From: an uncultured Phycisphaerales bacterium
GTDB lineage: Bacteria; Planctomycetota; Phycisphaerae; Tepidisphaerales; Tepidisphaeraceae
Reading direction: 5' to 3'
NCBI GenBank assembly: GCA_963758525.1
Contig: CAVWVQ010000003.1
Location: 2,976,001 to 3,040,000, forward strand
Length of the DNA: 64,000 nt
This document shows positions 30,501 through 42,938 of the stretch, one piece after another (within the stretch, counting starts at the first letter, position 1; each line of letters starts with the position of its first letter). The position numbers and the translations under genes are program-made. The notes below the pieces were generated by a model that was not told where the DNA came from, did not search any database, and saw only the letters and a list, made by a program, of their open reading frames with translations.

Positions 30501-33500
30501 GGCACTGTCGGAGTCAGCGTCACCGTCCCGGGCGGCACTGCCACCAGCCCCAATGGCTTTACCTACGTCATCCCGCGCGGTAATGGATTGCAACTTGTCG
30601 GCCAGATCGGCGGAGCCGTCAATGCGGTTGCGGTGCAGGGTTCATACGCCTACATCGGCGAGGGTGATGGGTTCGATGTCGTGAACGTATCCAACCCCTC
30701 TGCGCCGGCCGTCGTCGGTCATATTCCCTTGCCGGCGCTTCCGCAGAACATTGTCGTATCTGGTTCCTATGCATACGTCGCGGACGCAGACGGCGGCTTG
30801 CAGATCGTGGATGTGACCAACCCGTCGGCGCCGGCTGTCAAGGGATTCTACGATCTGGGTAGCGCGACGGGGGTGGCGATAGTTGGAGCGAATGTTTATG
30901 TGGCCGACGGGAGCGCCGGTCTAAATATCTTTGATGTCTCGAATCCGGCAGCGCCGCGCTGCTCTCGACAATCAGCACGGGCGGGGTAGCCAACGACGTG
31001 GCCGCGGGAACTTCAGGGTCGAGCGTGTTTGCTTATGTCGCTGACGGCACGGCTGGGATGCGGATTGTCGACGTGACAACCCCAACGGCTCCGGTGTGGC
31101 GCGGCGTGGTAGCGGGCGACGACGTTACGATTACGCTACAGGGCTCGCGGGTCTATGTCTCTAGCGGTGACATCCAGATCGACGATGTGAGCAATCCGGA
31201 TGCGCCCGCTATTCTCAGCGCATATGCCGGTCTCGGTTCAACCGATCTAGCCCCGTCGAACGGATACATTTATTCTGCGAATGCAGTAGTTCTCGATGTG
31301 TTCAACTTTAGTAATCTCAGCAACCCTACCTATCAGAGTTTCCCAGTCCCTCTCAACGGCCTCATCAATCGACTCGTTGTCTCCGGTAATACAGCTTACC
31401 TGGCTGACGGGAGCGAGGGCTTAGGCGTAGTGAGTTTGTCGAATCCTGCCGCGCCTGTGAATCTCGGGACTTACGTTCCATCCGCGGGCGTTGCTTACGA
31501 TGTAAAGGCGGTGGGCACCAATGCCTACGTGGCGGCCCAGGGGAATCTTCAAACATTCGATGTGTCGAACCCTGCTGGTCTCGTCGCAAGCGGCGATCTC
31601 GCATTCCCGAATATTCGGCACCTTGACGTGGCGAATAATCACGCGTTTCTTGCTGGCTCCGGCGCCGGCCTTGGTATTGCCGACATTTCCAGTCCCAGCA
31701 GCCCTCAACTTATCGCAACAGCCTCGAATTCGACTGGATCGCCAACTGATGTGGCCGTCGCCGGAGGACTCGCATATACCTCCGGGTTCACTCCGACCTC
31801 GGGAGCTGGCTTCGATGTATTTGACGTCTCTAACCCCGGCAGCCCCCAACACGACGGGAATCTCGTCACAAACGCTGCCACCGGCAACGAGGGATACGGA
31901 GTGACGATCAATGGCAGCCTCGCGCTCGTCGCTGAATCGGGCGGAACGTTGCGGATCATTGACGTTAGCAATGCAACCTCCCCGACTTTAATCGCTTCTG
32001 CTGCGACAGCCGGCGAGGCATGGTCAGTTGCGGCCTCGGCGGACGGACATTACGCTTTCGTTGCTGGCAGCAATTTCGTTCAAATCTTCGACATCAGCAA
32101 TCCTTCGTCGCCCGTCGCAGTCTCCACCTACCCGATCAGCGGGGTTGGGTTTGGTGTGGCCGTGGCCAATGGGCTGCTGTATGTCGCTGGCGGCGCAGAT
32201 GGGGTGCTGGTGCTCGACCCGACTAATCCGGCAGCCCCGCAACTGATAGCGTCTTACAAGTCGGCTTGGGGTGCCTTTGATGTATCCGTGGTCGGGAGCA
32301 ACGTCTACGTCGCAGACGGCGAGGGTGGTATCGACGTCCTCACCCTCCAGGATTTGCAGCCGCCGTCAGTCGCGATCACGAGCTCCTCTTCCGGCTCTGC
32401 TTACTCAACTTCGACCGGCACGATTAATCTCAGCGGCAGCGCATCGGACAACGTGGGCGTCACTCAGGTTACATGGTCGAATAGCGACGGTGGCAGTGGG
32501 ACCGCGACTGGAACGGCAAGCTGGTCGGCACATGCAATTCCACTTCAAGCAGGCGTTAACGTGCTCACGGTGACAGCAATCGACGCGGCTGGGAACCAAG
32601 GCACGGCCGTGCTCAATGTCACCTACACGCCGGTTCAATCTTCACAGACTATTACGTTTAGCGCCGTCGCAGCTCACACGTTTGGAGATCCACCATTTGC
32701 GCTCAACGCAATCGCGAATTCCGGGCTTCCTGTGAGTTTCAGTGTTGTCTCAGGGCCGGCGACCCTACTTGACAATACGCTAGCGATCACCGGCGCGGGA
32801 ACCGTAGTGGTCAGCGCCACGCAGGCCGGAAACGCGTTCTTCAGCGCTGCTGCGCCTGTCAGCCAATCGTTCGCAGTCAACGAAGCAAGCCAAGCCATCG
32901 CCCTCGCGACTCCGAGCGGTCTCACATTCGGCAGCGCACCGTTCGCCGAAACCGCTACGGCTGACTCCGGATTGCAGGTGTCGCTGAGTGTTGTCTCCGG
33001 CCCCGCGACCGTTACAGGAAATCTGGTTACGCTCACGGGGGCCGGCGGCGTTGTACTCCAAGGCTCGCAAGGGGGTGACGCAAATTATAACGCCGCCGCG
33101 AACCAGACCGTTTCATTCAATGTGGCGCAGGCTCCGCAAACGATTTCCTTCGGCACGCTCAGCAACCAGCATGTTGGAGACGCGCCGTTTTTAGTCACTG
33201 CGACGACCAGTTCCGGCCTGGCACCGACTTTCAGCCTGGTGTCAGGACCGGCAACAGTGTCGGGAGGAGTCGTCACGATTACCGGCCCGGGTACCGTTAT
33301 TTTGGCTGCGGCACAGAGCGGCAACACCAATTATCTGCCAGCCACGAGCGTCAATCGGAGCTTTACTTCACTGCCGGCACCGGTCGTTACCACGCTAACA
33401 AAAAGCAGCACCACCACCCTCAAGTTCGGCCAGAGCGTAACGTTCACCGCCGCAGTCAGCTCCGGCGCCGGGACGCCCACCGGCAGCGTTACGTTCAAGG

Positions 33501-35002
33501 ACGGCGCTGCCGTGCTTGGGACCGGCAGGCTCAGCGGCGGTACTGCCACGTTCACGACTGCCTCGATGGCGGTGGGAAGCCATTCGATCACCGCCGTCTA
33601 CAGCGGAGACGTGAATTTTGTGGCCAGCACGTCGCACTCGCTCACGCAGACGGTTAGTCAATCGACGACGACGACGAAGTTGAGCAAGAATTCCACGGCC
33701 GCGATCAGGTTCGGGCAGAGCGTGACGTTTACAGCGACTTTGGCCGCTGTCGGCCCCGGGGCGGGAACGCCGACGGGTGCGGTTACTTTCCTGGAGGGAG
33801 CGACTGTTCTGGGCGTCAGTCCTCTCGTCAACGGCGTGGCGACCTTCACGACCGCGACGCTCGCGGCGGGAAGCAATTCGATCAAGGCTACGTATGGCGG
33901 AGATACGAACTTTGCCGGCAGCACGTCGGGCGCGATCGCCCAGACCGTTACTCAGTCCGGGACGACCACCACGCTGACCAAGAACACGACGACTGCCATC
34001 AAATATGGGCAAAGCGTGACGTTTACGGCGACGCTGGCGGCCGTCAGCCCCGGCGCGGGCGTGCCGACGGGCGCGGTCACCTTTATGGACGGAGCCGGCG
34101 TCCTCGGGAGCGCGGCGCTGGTTAATGGCGTTGCGACATTCACGACCGCGACACTTCCGGCGGGGAGCAATGCGATCAAAGCCCGGTATGGCGGAGATGC
34201 CAACTTCACCGCCAGCACGTCGGGTTCGCTGACGCAGACGGCGCAGCCGATTACCTACGAGGCCGAGAAAGCCGTCCTCGGAAACGGGACCGTCGCCGCG
34301 CAGGACAACATCGGCTATACCGGCAGCGGCTACGCGGACTTTGGCGCAAAGAATTCCACCGTGCAGTTCACAGTGAACGCGTTCGCGGCCGGCACGGCAA
34401 CGCTCTCGTTCCGGTATGCCAATGGAACCACGGCGGCGCGCCCAGTGAGCGTCACCATTAACGGCACCCTCGTCGGCTCGATTGCATTCTCCCCAACCGG
34501 CGCTTGGACGACCTGGGCCACGACCGCGTTGAACGCCGCGTTGCTCGCCGGGAGCAACACTATTTTGCTCACCGTCACAGGCGTGGCGGGGCCGAACCTT
34601 GACTCGCTGGCCGTCAGTCCGGTGCCTCCGTTGATTTACGAGGGAGAAAGCGCTGTTCTCGGCGGCGGCACCGTCGCCGCGGTGGACAACGCGGGCTACA
34701 CCGGCGCTGGCTACGCCGACTTCGGTCACAAGAATTCGACTGCGCAGTTCAATGTCGTCACCAGTGCGGCCGGCGCCGCGTTTCTGACGTTCCGCTACGC
34801 CAACGGCTCGACCGCGGCACGCCCGGTGAGCCTGTCAGTCAACGGGACGGTGGTATCCACGCTATCCTTTGCCCCGACCGGGTCATGGACCAACTGGACG
34901 ACGACGACACTGAGCACGCCGCTCTTGAGCGGCAGCAATGTGATCCTGCTGACCGTCACCGGCAGCGATGGGCCGAACCTGGACTCGCTGACTGTCAGTT
35001 GA
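27573..35002 (+). CDS. Giant LEPR-XLL surface protein 3: unknown helical N-domain, InlB-B-like repeat, IPT/TIG, LVIVD repeats, Big_3 x3, two C-terminal CBM6/35-like modules; frameshift at ~30957
   Basis: GGAGG RBS; VEHLECRLLLT; GP.AGGT.V.ITG.NF; YAYVAD...GLQIVDV..P..P; YEAE...GYTG.GYADF...FRYANG...GPNLD. Confidence 0.85.
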
Positions 35003-35679
35003 TGAGAAGACCGCGAGCAGGCTCGGCGGCTGCGCGGGGAGCCGCAGTGAAAAGAAAGGTGCCGCGAAGGCGCACGCAGCAAGACACGAAGAGAAGAAGA
35101 GATAAGCCTGTGGGGGCACAGCGCCCCGATCGAGCGCAACTTGTCACTTCCGACGCAACCAGCACGGGCAAGATGCCCGTGCCACGGGGACGCGCGCAGT
35201 CCCAGAACTTGGCGAGGGGGGGCCGGGGTTCTTCTCCAGACAGCTGTTTGCCATATCGTTCAAGCTTCGCCTCGAACGGCTGTAAAAAGCGCGGGAGGGC
35301 CGCGTCCTGACCATCGAGCAGGCACGGCAGGAACTGCGAACTCATTCAGGGCCGTGAGGCGCTTCTGGAACTGCAAGGGCTCCAGTTCGTTGGCATTTGC
35401 GATTTCCTTCGCGTTTGTCTTCGCTGCTTCGCGTCTTCGCGGCTCTTTTCTGTCTTGCCCGCGTCTGGTCCTGCGATAAACCGGGCAGCGCTCTGCATCG
35501 CAAATGATTTTTTGCCGTCCTCGTCGGCTCGGCGTGCTAACCGTTACAGATCGCCCAGCATGGAAATGCCGCAAGTATGGTATTTGCATTACAGAAAAAG
35601 ATCGCGTGCCAAGTCGCGTAAAGTGCGTATCCTCTCGCTCGCGTTTCGGATTCGCCAATGTTGAGCTGAGGGAAGAAGT

Positions 35680-38204
35680 ATGTCTGATCTTGCGCATCGT
35701 CGTGGGAGAAATCAGCTCGGGTTGAGCCGGTTCGGGAAGCGGAAAGCGCATGCGGTGGCGGAGCTTCTCGAAGGGCGCCGATTGTTGTCGACCAGCACGC
35801 TCAGCGCGAATGATGCGATTGCGTTCCAGCAGATTGTGATCGACAAGAGTCCCGGGACGGTGCCGGTCGTCAAGCGGCTGGTGGACATCACTAACAGCGG
35901 ACATCAGGACGCGGTCATCGGGCATGAATCGACGCTCGGCGGCGGCGGCCTGTTCTGGTATCAATATCCCGTCTCGGGCAATCCCAGCGCCACCTGGTCC
36001 AAGTACACGATCGACGCCAAGGCAGACGTCTACGAGTCGATCTGTGCCGCCGACATCAGCGGGCACGTCGACGCCCATGGCAACCCCGTCAACGATCTGG
36101 TGGTGTGTGAAAGAGGCACCGTCGTCTGGTATGAGAATCCCCTGGGTGACCAGAAAGATCCCACCACCAGTGCCTGGACGAAGCATGTGATCGGAACCAT
36201 CTCGCAGGGCGACACGCACGAGATGTATCTCGCAGACCTGGACGGCGACGGCCAGCTGGACGTGGTTTGTAATACATCCATCTTCTTTCGAAAGCCCTCG
36301 GGCGGTTGGATTCAGATCGCGACTGCCAACTACAATCGCACCGAGAAAGGCTTGTCTCTGTTCGATTCAGGCTCGGGTCTGGGAGCTATCGATTTGCTGG
36401 GCACCGGTAACAGCCCCAATTTTCAGCTCGGCTGGTACGAGAATCCGCGCGACGCGGGGAATCACACCGGCAACGCGCAGTCCGACCCGTGGGTTTTCCA
36501 TCCCATCGGGCCGGCGTACGGCAACTACGTCACCGGCGACGGCATCTCCTATGCCGCGATGGACGTCAACGGCGACGGGCATGAAGACATCATTACCTGC
36601 GACGGCGAATATGCCCAAGGCGACGGTGATGATAACGGCGGAAATGCACTGACCGGCGGGCTGATCTGGTGGCAGTCGCCCGCGAACCCAGCCACCGGGA
36701 CCTGGATCAAGCACACGATCGACGCGAGCCTCGATGAAGTCCACAACCTGATCGTCGCCGACATGAACGGCGACGGTACGCCGGAGATTCTGACCTTTGA
36801 GCAGGATCAATCGCCGCTGGGGCGACTGATGATCATTTACAACGAGGGAGGCACCGGGCAAAACTGGCTGGAGCAGGTGATCGCGTCGGATGCCATGCCC
36901 GCGTCGGGCGGCGGCACGGGAGGGCAGAACGAAGGCGTCGGCGATGCCAACAGCGATGGCAGCCTCGACATCCTCACTTCGCCGCACGGCTTTTATTCGC
37001 AGATCAATCCGATCAGCCTGTATCTCAATCTGAACACCATCGACGCCGTCGTCAAACCCAAAATCACCAGCGCGTCCGGCTCGACGAGCGTGAACGCTGG
37101 CGGTTCAGTGACGTTTGCAGTCTCCGCGACGGGCACCGGGCCATTGACGTATCAATGGCAGCAGAACGGAGCGGACATCGCCGGCGCGAACGCCAGTTCC
37201 TACACCATCACGTCCGCTCCGGCCAGCGACGATCAGTCGGTCTTCCGATGCATCGTCGGCAATCCCGCGGGGCTGATCCCCAGCCCCGGGGCGACGCTCA
37301 GCGTCGTGCAAGGCCCGCAAACCGGCACGACCACAAAGCTGACCAAAAGCACCACGGCGGCCATCAGATTCGGCCAGAGCGTCACGTTCACCGCCGCGCT
37401 TTCGCCGGTGAGCCCCGGCACTGGCACTCCCACCGGGACTGTCACCTTTATGGACGGGGCCACTCCGCTCGGCACCGGCTCGCTCAGCGGCGGCCTTGCC
37501 ACGCTGACCACCGCATCGATGCCGGCGGGAGTAGACTCCATCACAGCGGTCTACGGGGGCGACGCGAACTTCGCCGCCAGCACGTCGAGCGCGGTCAAGC
37601 AGACGGTTCAGCAATCGGGCACCACTGCAAAGCTGACGAAGAATACAACGACGTCAATCAGGTTCGGCCAGCGCGTGACATTCACCGCAACGCTGGCTGC
37701 CGTCGCCCCAGGCGCTGGCACGCCCAGCGGCACGGTCACGTTCAAGGACGGCTCGACCACGCTGGGCACCGCAATGCTCAGCGGCGGCGTCGCGACGTTT
37801 GCAACATCGTCGCTGCCGGTGGCGAGCAACTCGATCACCGCCATCTACGGCGGCGACACGGATTTCACCACCAGCACGTCGAGCTCGGTGACACAGACGG
37901 TCAACAAATCGTCGACCACCACGCAGCTGAGCAAAAGCACCACCACCCCGATCCGCTCCGGCCAGAGCGTGACGTTCACCGCGACCCTCGTGGCGGTCAG
38001 TCCGGCGCGGGGACGCCCACGGGGATCGTCACCTTTTTCGACAGCGGCAGCTCAATCGGCACCGGCACGCTCAGCGGCGGGATCGCGACGTTCACCACCA
38101 CGATGCTGCCGCTCGGCAGCAACTCGATCACGGCTATGTATGGTGGAGACGTGGACTTCAGCGGAAGCACGTCCAACGCGCTCACTCAGACGGTTACGAG
38201 CTAA
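35680..38204 (+). CDS. LEPR-XLL surface protein 4: FG-GAP/VCBS propeller, Ig domain, Big_3 x3; frameshift at ~38003
   Basis: AELLEGRRLLS; DLDGDGQLDV, DVNGDGHEDI, WYENP; PLTYQWQ.NG; the true C-terminus SNALTQTVTS lies in the frame ending at 38204. Confidence 0.85.
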
Positions 38205-39546
38205 GAGGTCTAATGGGCAGCGCACGAAAAAGATTTTTTGGTGCCATCGTCACGATCAGATATGCCGCGAAAAGCAGAAGAATCGCCCGCAGCGGCATGG
38301 CGTAGCGGTTGTACACCTGTGTTACGAGATACGGCACGATCGCCAGCAGCGCGATGCCCAGAAGCGACACGCCCCGATGCTTGAGCCGCCAGGCGGTCCA
38401 GGCGCCGGCGAGGCCGAGGGTGACGACCAGAGCGTTAATGAGGTAACGGTCGTAGTCGAAGTCTCGCCACAGGTACGCGCCGGTGCGGCCGGTGTCGTTG
38501 ATGAAGGCGTGAACCGATCGCTCGCCGCAGAGAAACCAGAATCGTGCTGGCGAGGCATGATACTCTTCGGCGAAGCGTCGGCCGCAAAGGGCGAAGTATT
38601 TGTTTTCCCCCAGGCCGAGCACGAGGCGGTGCTCGGCCGCGTTGCGGGAGGGATGAGCATCGAGCACGGCCAGCGTCATCCAGCCGTAGCTGCAGGGCTG
38701 ATTCGCGAGCCAGAGTTCGACGTTGGCATTGCCGCGGACGAGGAGGACGCGATCGAAAGTTCGGTAATTGCGAATGGTCCACGGCAACAAGACCGCGCAC
38801 GCCGCGATCGCCGCCACGAGGGCGAGGAACGCCTGGTGAGGCCAACTCCGCCTCGAGGCGATTCGTGGCGACTGTGCTAGTTTCACAAAACGGTTCCCAC
38901 GCGCTGCAAGCAGCACGATCGCCGGACATGCGAGTACGTAGCTGGTGTTGGTCAGCAGCAGCAACCCGAGGGTCGCGCCCAACCCGGCGAACTCTGTTAT
39001 CGTCACTTTCTCGCTGCCCGCGAGTTGCAGTGTCCAGCAGAGTATCCACAAGAACATCGCCAGCGCCAGGTAGTTGTCCCAGAGGCTGTCCACCACGTGG
39101 AGAAACATGGGATGGACGAGGAATAGCACTGCGGCCAGCGCGCCGACGTTGCGATTGGAGAATTGCTTCCCCAGCACAAACAGCGCGGCCGCGCACGCGG
39201 CACGACAGAAGATATTGAAAACGACAATCGAGCTGAGCACCGCCTGGCTGTGATCGCCGCAGAGCCGATAGGCCAACGACATCACCAACGGATAAACCGG
39301 GGGACACCAACTGGTGGGCGGCGCGTGCGACGTGTCGTCGAACGGACTGAGAAAGCCATCCCCCCTGGCCAGATGCCGGGCGATGTGATCCTCCTCGCTG
39401 AATCCGTCTTCGAACTGATGTGCCGGCGTAAGGAGATAAGCGAAGCCGCTCAGCAATGCCGCGGCGACAATCCAGCGCAGCAGACGGCCGTCGCTGAGCG
39501 AACCGCGGGCAGTCGATGTTTGGGGATGGATCGCGAGCGTCGTCAT
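38194..39546 (-). CDS. GT-C (ArnT/PMT-like, family 39-type) membrane glycosyltransferase
   Basis: IARHL..G.GF, PPVYP, multiple TM segments, PWTIRNY, RYAMP. Confidence 0.8.
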   Translation of the reverse strand: MTTLAIHPQTSTARGSLSDGRLLRWIVAAALLSGFAYLLTPAHQFEDGFSEEDHIARHLARGDGFLSPFDDTSHAPPTSWCPPVYPLVMSLAYRLCGDHSQAVLSSIVVFNIFCRAACAAALFVLGKQFSNRNVGALAAVLFLVHPMFLHVVDSLWDNYLALAMFLWILCWTLQLAGSEKVTITEFAGLGATLGLLLLTNTSYVLACPAIVLLAARGNRFVKLAQSPRIASRRSWPHQAFLALVAAIAACAVLLPWTIRNYRTFDRVLLVRGNANVELWLANQPCSYGWMTLAVLDAHPSRNAAEHRLVLGLGENKYFALCGRRFAEEYHASPARFWFLCGERSVHAFINDTGRTGAYLWRDFDYDRYLINALVVTLGLAGAWTAWRLKHRGVSLLGIALLAIVPYLVTQVYNRYAMPLRAILLLFAAYLIVTMAPKNLFRALPIRPLSS

Positions 39547-39650
39547 ACGGGCAGCCAAAGGAGTTATCGGGATCGGGGTGAGGTAGCTTGAAGGTTGGTC
39601 TGCCGGTCCGGCAATGTGCAGCCGGAAATTCGCGCGCCCGCAGTCGGCGG

Positions 39651-39720
39651 GTAGGGCGGGATTCATCCCGCCGCGCGTTTTGTAAGACTACGGACCGCGG
39701 CGGGATAAGTCCCGCCCTAC
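39651..39720. repeat. GTAG-type REP doublet (REPIN-like)
   Basis: GTAGGGCGGGATTCATCCCGCC ... GGCGGGATAAGTCCCGCCCTAC. Confidence 0.8.
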
Positions 39721-39819
39721 AGGAGACCGACCTGCGAATTCAGATGGAATGCACCACTAATGCCCTTACGCGAACCGCGCCGGCAATCTCCCAGGCTCCG
39801 CGCGAATCCATGAAGAGGG

Positions 39820-39917
39820 AACACGAATCTGCACCAATGGGCACGAATCCTCACGAATAAACGCGGGGAAACCTCCTTCGTGAAGATTCATGCGAAATGC
39901 GTGTCGATTCGTGTTCT
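39820..39917. repeat. Inverted short-period repeat (CACGAAT)n / (ATTCGTG)n
   Basis: acacgaatctgcaccaatgggcacgaatcctcacgaat ... ttcgtgaagattcatgcg...gattcgtgtt. Confidence 0.6.
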
Positions 39918-40031
39918 GCATTATTCGTTCACTGCGTACCGGGCGGGATCGCGCAGGGCCATTTAAGTTAGAGTGAGGGCCAGATCGGGGAAAGGCGTTG
40001 AGAGGCGCCAGGACGCTTGCACACAACGCAG

Positions 40032-40071
40032 CCCCCACCCCAACCCTCCCCCGGAGTACCAGGGGAGGGGG
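40032..40071. repeat. C-rich palindromic intergenic element
   Basis: cccccaccccaaccctccccc-ggagtacc-aggggagggg hairpin. Confidence 0.55.
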
Positions 40072-40297
40072 AAAGGCCAGGCCCGCGGAAAATATTACAC
40101 TCCCGCGGCCGGCTCATAATCAACGTGTGGCTCATAATCGGCGTTGCCTTGGACTATTGCGTGGGTATGCTTTGCGTATGGTCTGCAACCTTTTCACCCG
40201 CCGTTAGCTGCCTCGGAATTGCAAGTGAGCTCTGAACCTTCGTCCGCCACCAGGAGGAGTGTTAGAGCGAGTCGAATTCCTCGCGGCAGAACCGTCC

Positions 40298-40423
40298 CCG
40301 TGTCGTGGGCGTCCCGCCCATGCTAGTTGCATGAGAAGTAAGACAAATCGGATATCGCAGGTTGATCCACCGCTTCTTTTCTTTCCGCGTCGCTAACACG
40401 CGCGGGAGGCCCGTGCGACGGGG
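40298..40423. mobile_element. REPIN/MITE-like element, inverted copy of 12021-12137
   Basis: Reverse complement aligns by eye with the 12021 element in both arms and spacer. Confidence 0.7.
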
Positions 40424-40452
40424 AAAGTTTCTCTTTTTTTCACGGAGTCATC

Positions 40453-41550
40453 ATGGCCGCCCCGGCCTCGCTCATTCGCAAGCTCGAAGAAATGCAGGGT
40501 CGTTACGAGCAGTTGCAGGCGCAGCTGAACGATCCCGAAACACAGTCCAACCCCCATCGGATCATTGCCGCCAGCAAGGAATCGGGGCAGCTCGGTCCGC
40601 TGGTGGGAAAGTATCGCGAGTATCTCACGGCGACGCGCGACCTGGAATCAACGCGCCTGCTCGCTCAAAACACGGATGACGCCGAGATGGCGGAACTTGC
40701 GGCGTCGGAATTGCCGGGAAACGAAGCGAAAGTGGAGGCGCTGCTGAGCGGATTGAAGGACGAATTTCTCGCCGCCGAGCAGGCGCCGGTTGAATCGTTC
40801 TTTCTGGAACTTCGTGCCGGCACCGGGGGGGAAGAGGCCGGGCTGTTCGTTCGTGACCTGTTTGAAATGTATCGGCGGTATGCCGATGTGAAGCGCTGGC
40901 GGTTTGACGTAAGCGATTTCTCGGAAAGTGAGCGAGGCGGATTCAAGGAAGTGATCGTCAACGTGAGATCGCCCGACGCATACCGGCATCTGCGGTTTGA
41001 AGGGGGCGGGCATCGCGTGCAGCGCGTGCCTGAAACCGAGGCGCAGGGAAGAATTCACACCAGCGCCGCCACCGTCGCGGTGCTGCCGGAACTGGCGGAC
41101 GTGAAGATTGAGATCAATCCCAAGGACGTTGAGGAATTCGGCTGCCGGGGGGGAGGCCCGGGCGGTCAGAACGTGAACAAAGTCGAAACCGGCTGGCGGA
41201 TACTGCATAAGCCCAGCGGATTGCAGTTCAAAATGACAGAGCACAAGAGCCAGGCGATGAACAAGGAACGCGCCTGGGCGCTGTTGCGGGCGACCTTGTA
41301 TGAAACCGAGCGCGCCAAGCAGCACGCGGCAGCCACACTGGCGAGGAAGACGATGATGGGCAGCGGCGACCGGTCGCAGCGCATCCGAACGTATAACTTC
41401 CCGCAGAATCGCTGCACCGATCATCGCCTGGGGGGAGAGGGAGGCGGCGAGAAGAACTTCAATCTCGAACAGATCATGCAGGGCCAGATGGACCCGCTGA
41501 TCGACGCACTGCTCGAACTCGACAAGCAACAGCGACTGGCGGAACTGTGA
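40453..41550 (+). CDS. prfA: Peptide chain release factor 1
   Basis: ELRAGTGGEEA, HRVQRVPETE (PxT motif), GRIHTSA, GPGGQNVNK, RIRTYNFPQNR.TDHR. Confidence 0.93.
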   Translation: MAAPASLIRKLEEMQGRYEQLQAQLNDPETQSNPHRIIAASKESGQLGPLVGKYREYLTATRDLESTRLLAQNTDDAEMAELAASELPGNEAKVEALLSGLKDEFLAAEQAPVESFFLELRAGTGGEEAGLFVRDLFEMYRRYADVKRWRFDVSDFSESERGGFKEVIVNVRSPDAYRHLRFEGGGHRVQRVPETEAQGRIHTSAATVAVLPELADVKIEINPKDVEEFGCRGGGPGGQNVNKVETGWRILHKPSGLQFKMTEHKSQAMNKERAWALLRATLYETERAKQHAAATLARKTMMGSGDRSQRIRTYNFPQNRCTDHRLGGEGGGEKNFNLEQIMQGQMDPLIDALLELDKQQRLAEL

Positions 41551-41573
41551 AGAGACTGATACAGATCTGCCGT

Positions 41574-42938
41574 CTACCGCGACACCGATCCTAGTGCATA
41601 GTTTTTGATAAATGTTGTCAGCTCAGTCGTCGGCCGGCGACGTGCCTCATCGAGGATTAATGCATTGCGAAAACGTCCCAATTGCAGATACGCACGGTAG
41701 TCATCGGGCATCGTGACGTGCAGGCTCTGCAGGCTCGTCTGGCCGCTCATGACACGCTGGAACGATTCCTCGCGATAGTAATCTTCCCGCCCTCCGCCAG
41801 CTTGTTTGAGAGCGGCGGAGAGCCACGTGCCGGGATCGGATGCCGGACCCTTTGCGATCGCCGAAAGCAACGCGCGCTCCTGAGGCGTCACGATTTCGAT
41901 CCGGCCGATCATCAAGCGTTTCACATCCGCATCGATCGAGAGCTGCAACGGCAAGACGCGATCCGTCCATGTGGCCGGGACCATAAAAAAGAGTCGCAGC
42001 CCCGGCCGGCGGAAGTAGGAAGCTTCCCAGGTGTTGAGCAGGGCGTCCGCCTCATCAACGAACAAGCCGCGATGGATCATCTCGGTCTTGAGGGCTGCAC
42101 GAATGAGGGCAACGTTGTCCGCCGAGTATTCGCGATCAGCCAAGGTCGCGGGGGCGAGCATGCTGTCGACTTGCTGTCCGTTGGGTCTGCCGAGCGATCG
42201 CATTGCGCAACGACCGTCGGCTTTCACGTCAACGAGCCAGAGGGTTCGCATTGCATCGGGCGAGTCCGCGTGAATCGTCAGGTCCGAGCCGCCGCTGTCG
42301 AGCGACACGTGCAGCGGCGGAGCAATGTTCCCCACGCCGCGATAGAAAAGAAAACGCTCGCTCTCCTTCTTGCCGGTGGTGACGCCTGCAGCTGCGACCG
42401 CCCGGGGCGCGAGCCAGACCTGGGCGTTCGTCTCGGGCCCTGGGAGATCCGAGCCGACGACGAGCCCGCGCCACGCCAGCGTTCCGCTGGTCGCGGCATC
42501 GAGGGTCCCGGACCGGCCGTCGAATCCGATGCGTTCGATGCCCGGGGCGGAAACTTCCGCGTCGGGGTAATACTGCGTGAGCCAGCCCCCGTGAAACGTA
42601 ACATCGACATCGAGCTTCATCGATTTGGGACCATTCGCCGGAAGGTGAAAGTAAATCACTGGCGTCTCAAGCCGGACCAGCACGTCGGGATCGCATCGCG
42701 GCACGCCCTTGAAGAGCACGGCGGGCACCTCTGAAGGACCGTTGATCAGGCGGTGAAGATCATGGACGAACGGGGGCAGCGGCTCGTCGTCGGTGTTGAT
42801 GCCCCCAATTGGCGTCCCGCTTTCATCCTCCAGAGAAGTGAAAGTGCCCCACTCATGGACGATCAGGCGCTCATCTCCTCGCGCCGACGCGGCCAGGGAA
42901 ACCGCCAACAGCGCGACCGCCAATGGACTTCGGACCAT
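41574..42938 (-). CDS. Exported conserved hypothetical protein
   Basis: Signal peptide; VHEWGTFTS, RLETPVIYF, ERFLFYRGVG motifs. Confidence 0.7.
   Translation of the reverse strand: MVRSPLAVALLAVSLAASARGDERLIVHEWGTFTSLEDESGTPIGGINTDDEPLPPFVHDLHRLINGPSEVPAVLFKGVPRCDPDVLVRLETPVIYFHLPANGPKSMKLDVDVTFHGGWLTQYYPDAEVSAPGIERIGFDGRSGTLDAATSGTLAWRGLVVGSDLPGPETNAQVWLAPRAVAAAGVTTGKKESERFLFYRGVGNIAPPLHVSLDSGGSDLTIHADSPDAMRTLWLVDVKADGRCAMRSLGRPNGQQVDSMLAPATLADREYSADNVALIRAALKTEMIHRGLFVDEADALLNTWEASYFRRPGLRLFFMVPATWTDRVLPLQLSIDADVKRLMIGRIEIVTPQERALLSAIAKGPASDPGTWLSAALKQAGGGREDYYREESFQRVMSGQTSLQSLHVTMPDDYRAYLQLGRFRNALILDEARRRPTTELTTFIKNYALGSVSR

Noticed and set aside
38005..38880. C-terminal ~290 aa of the 1066-aa ORF
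   Set aside because: Frameshift artefact overlapping the antisense glycosyltransferase; the real gene ends at 38204
41425..41452. Short Gly-rich insertion (GGEGGGEK) in the RF1 C-terminal region
   Set aside because: In frame and in a probable loop; no evidence of significance
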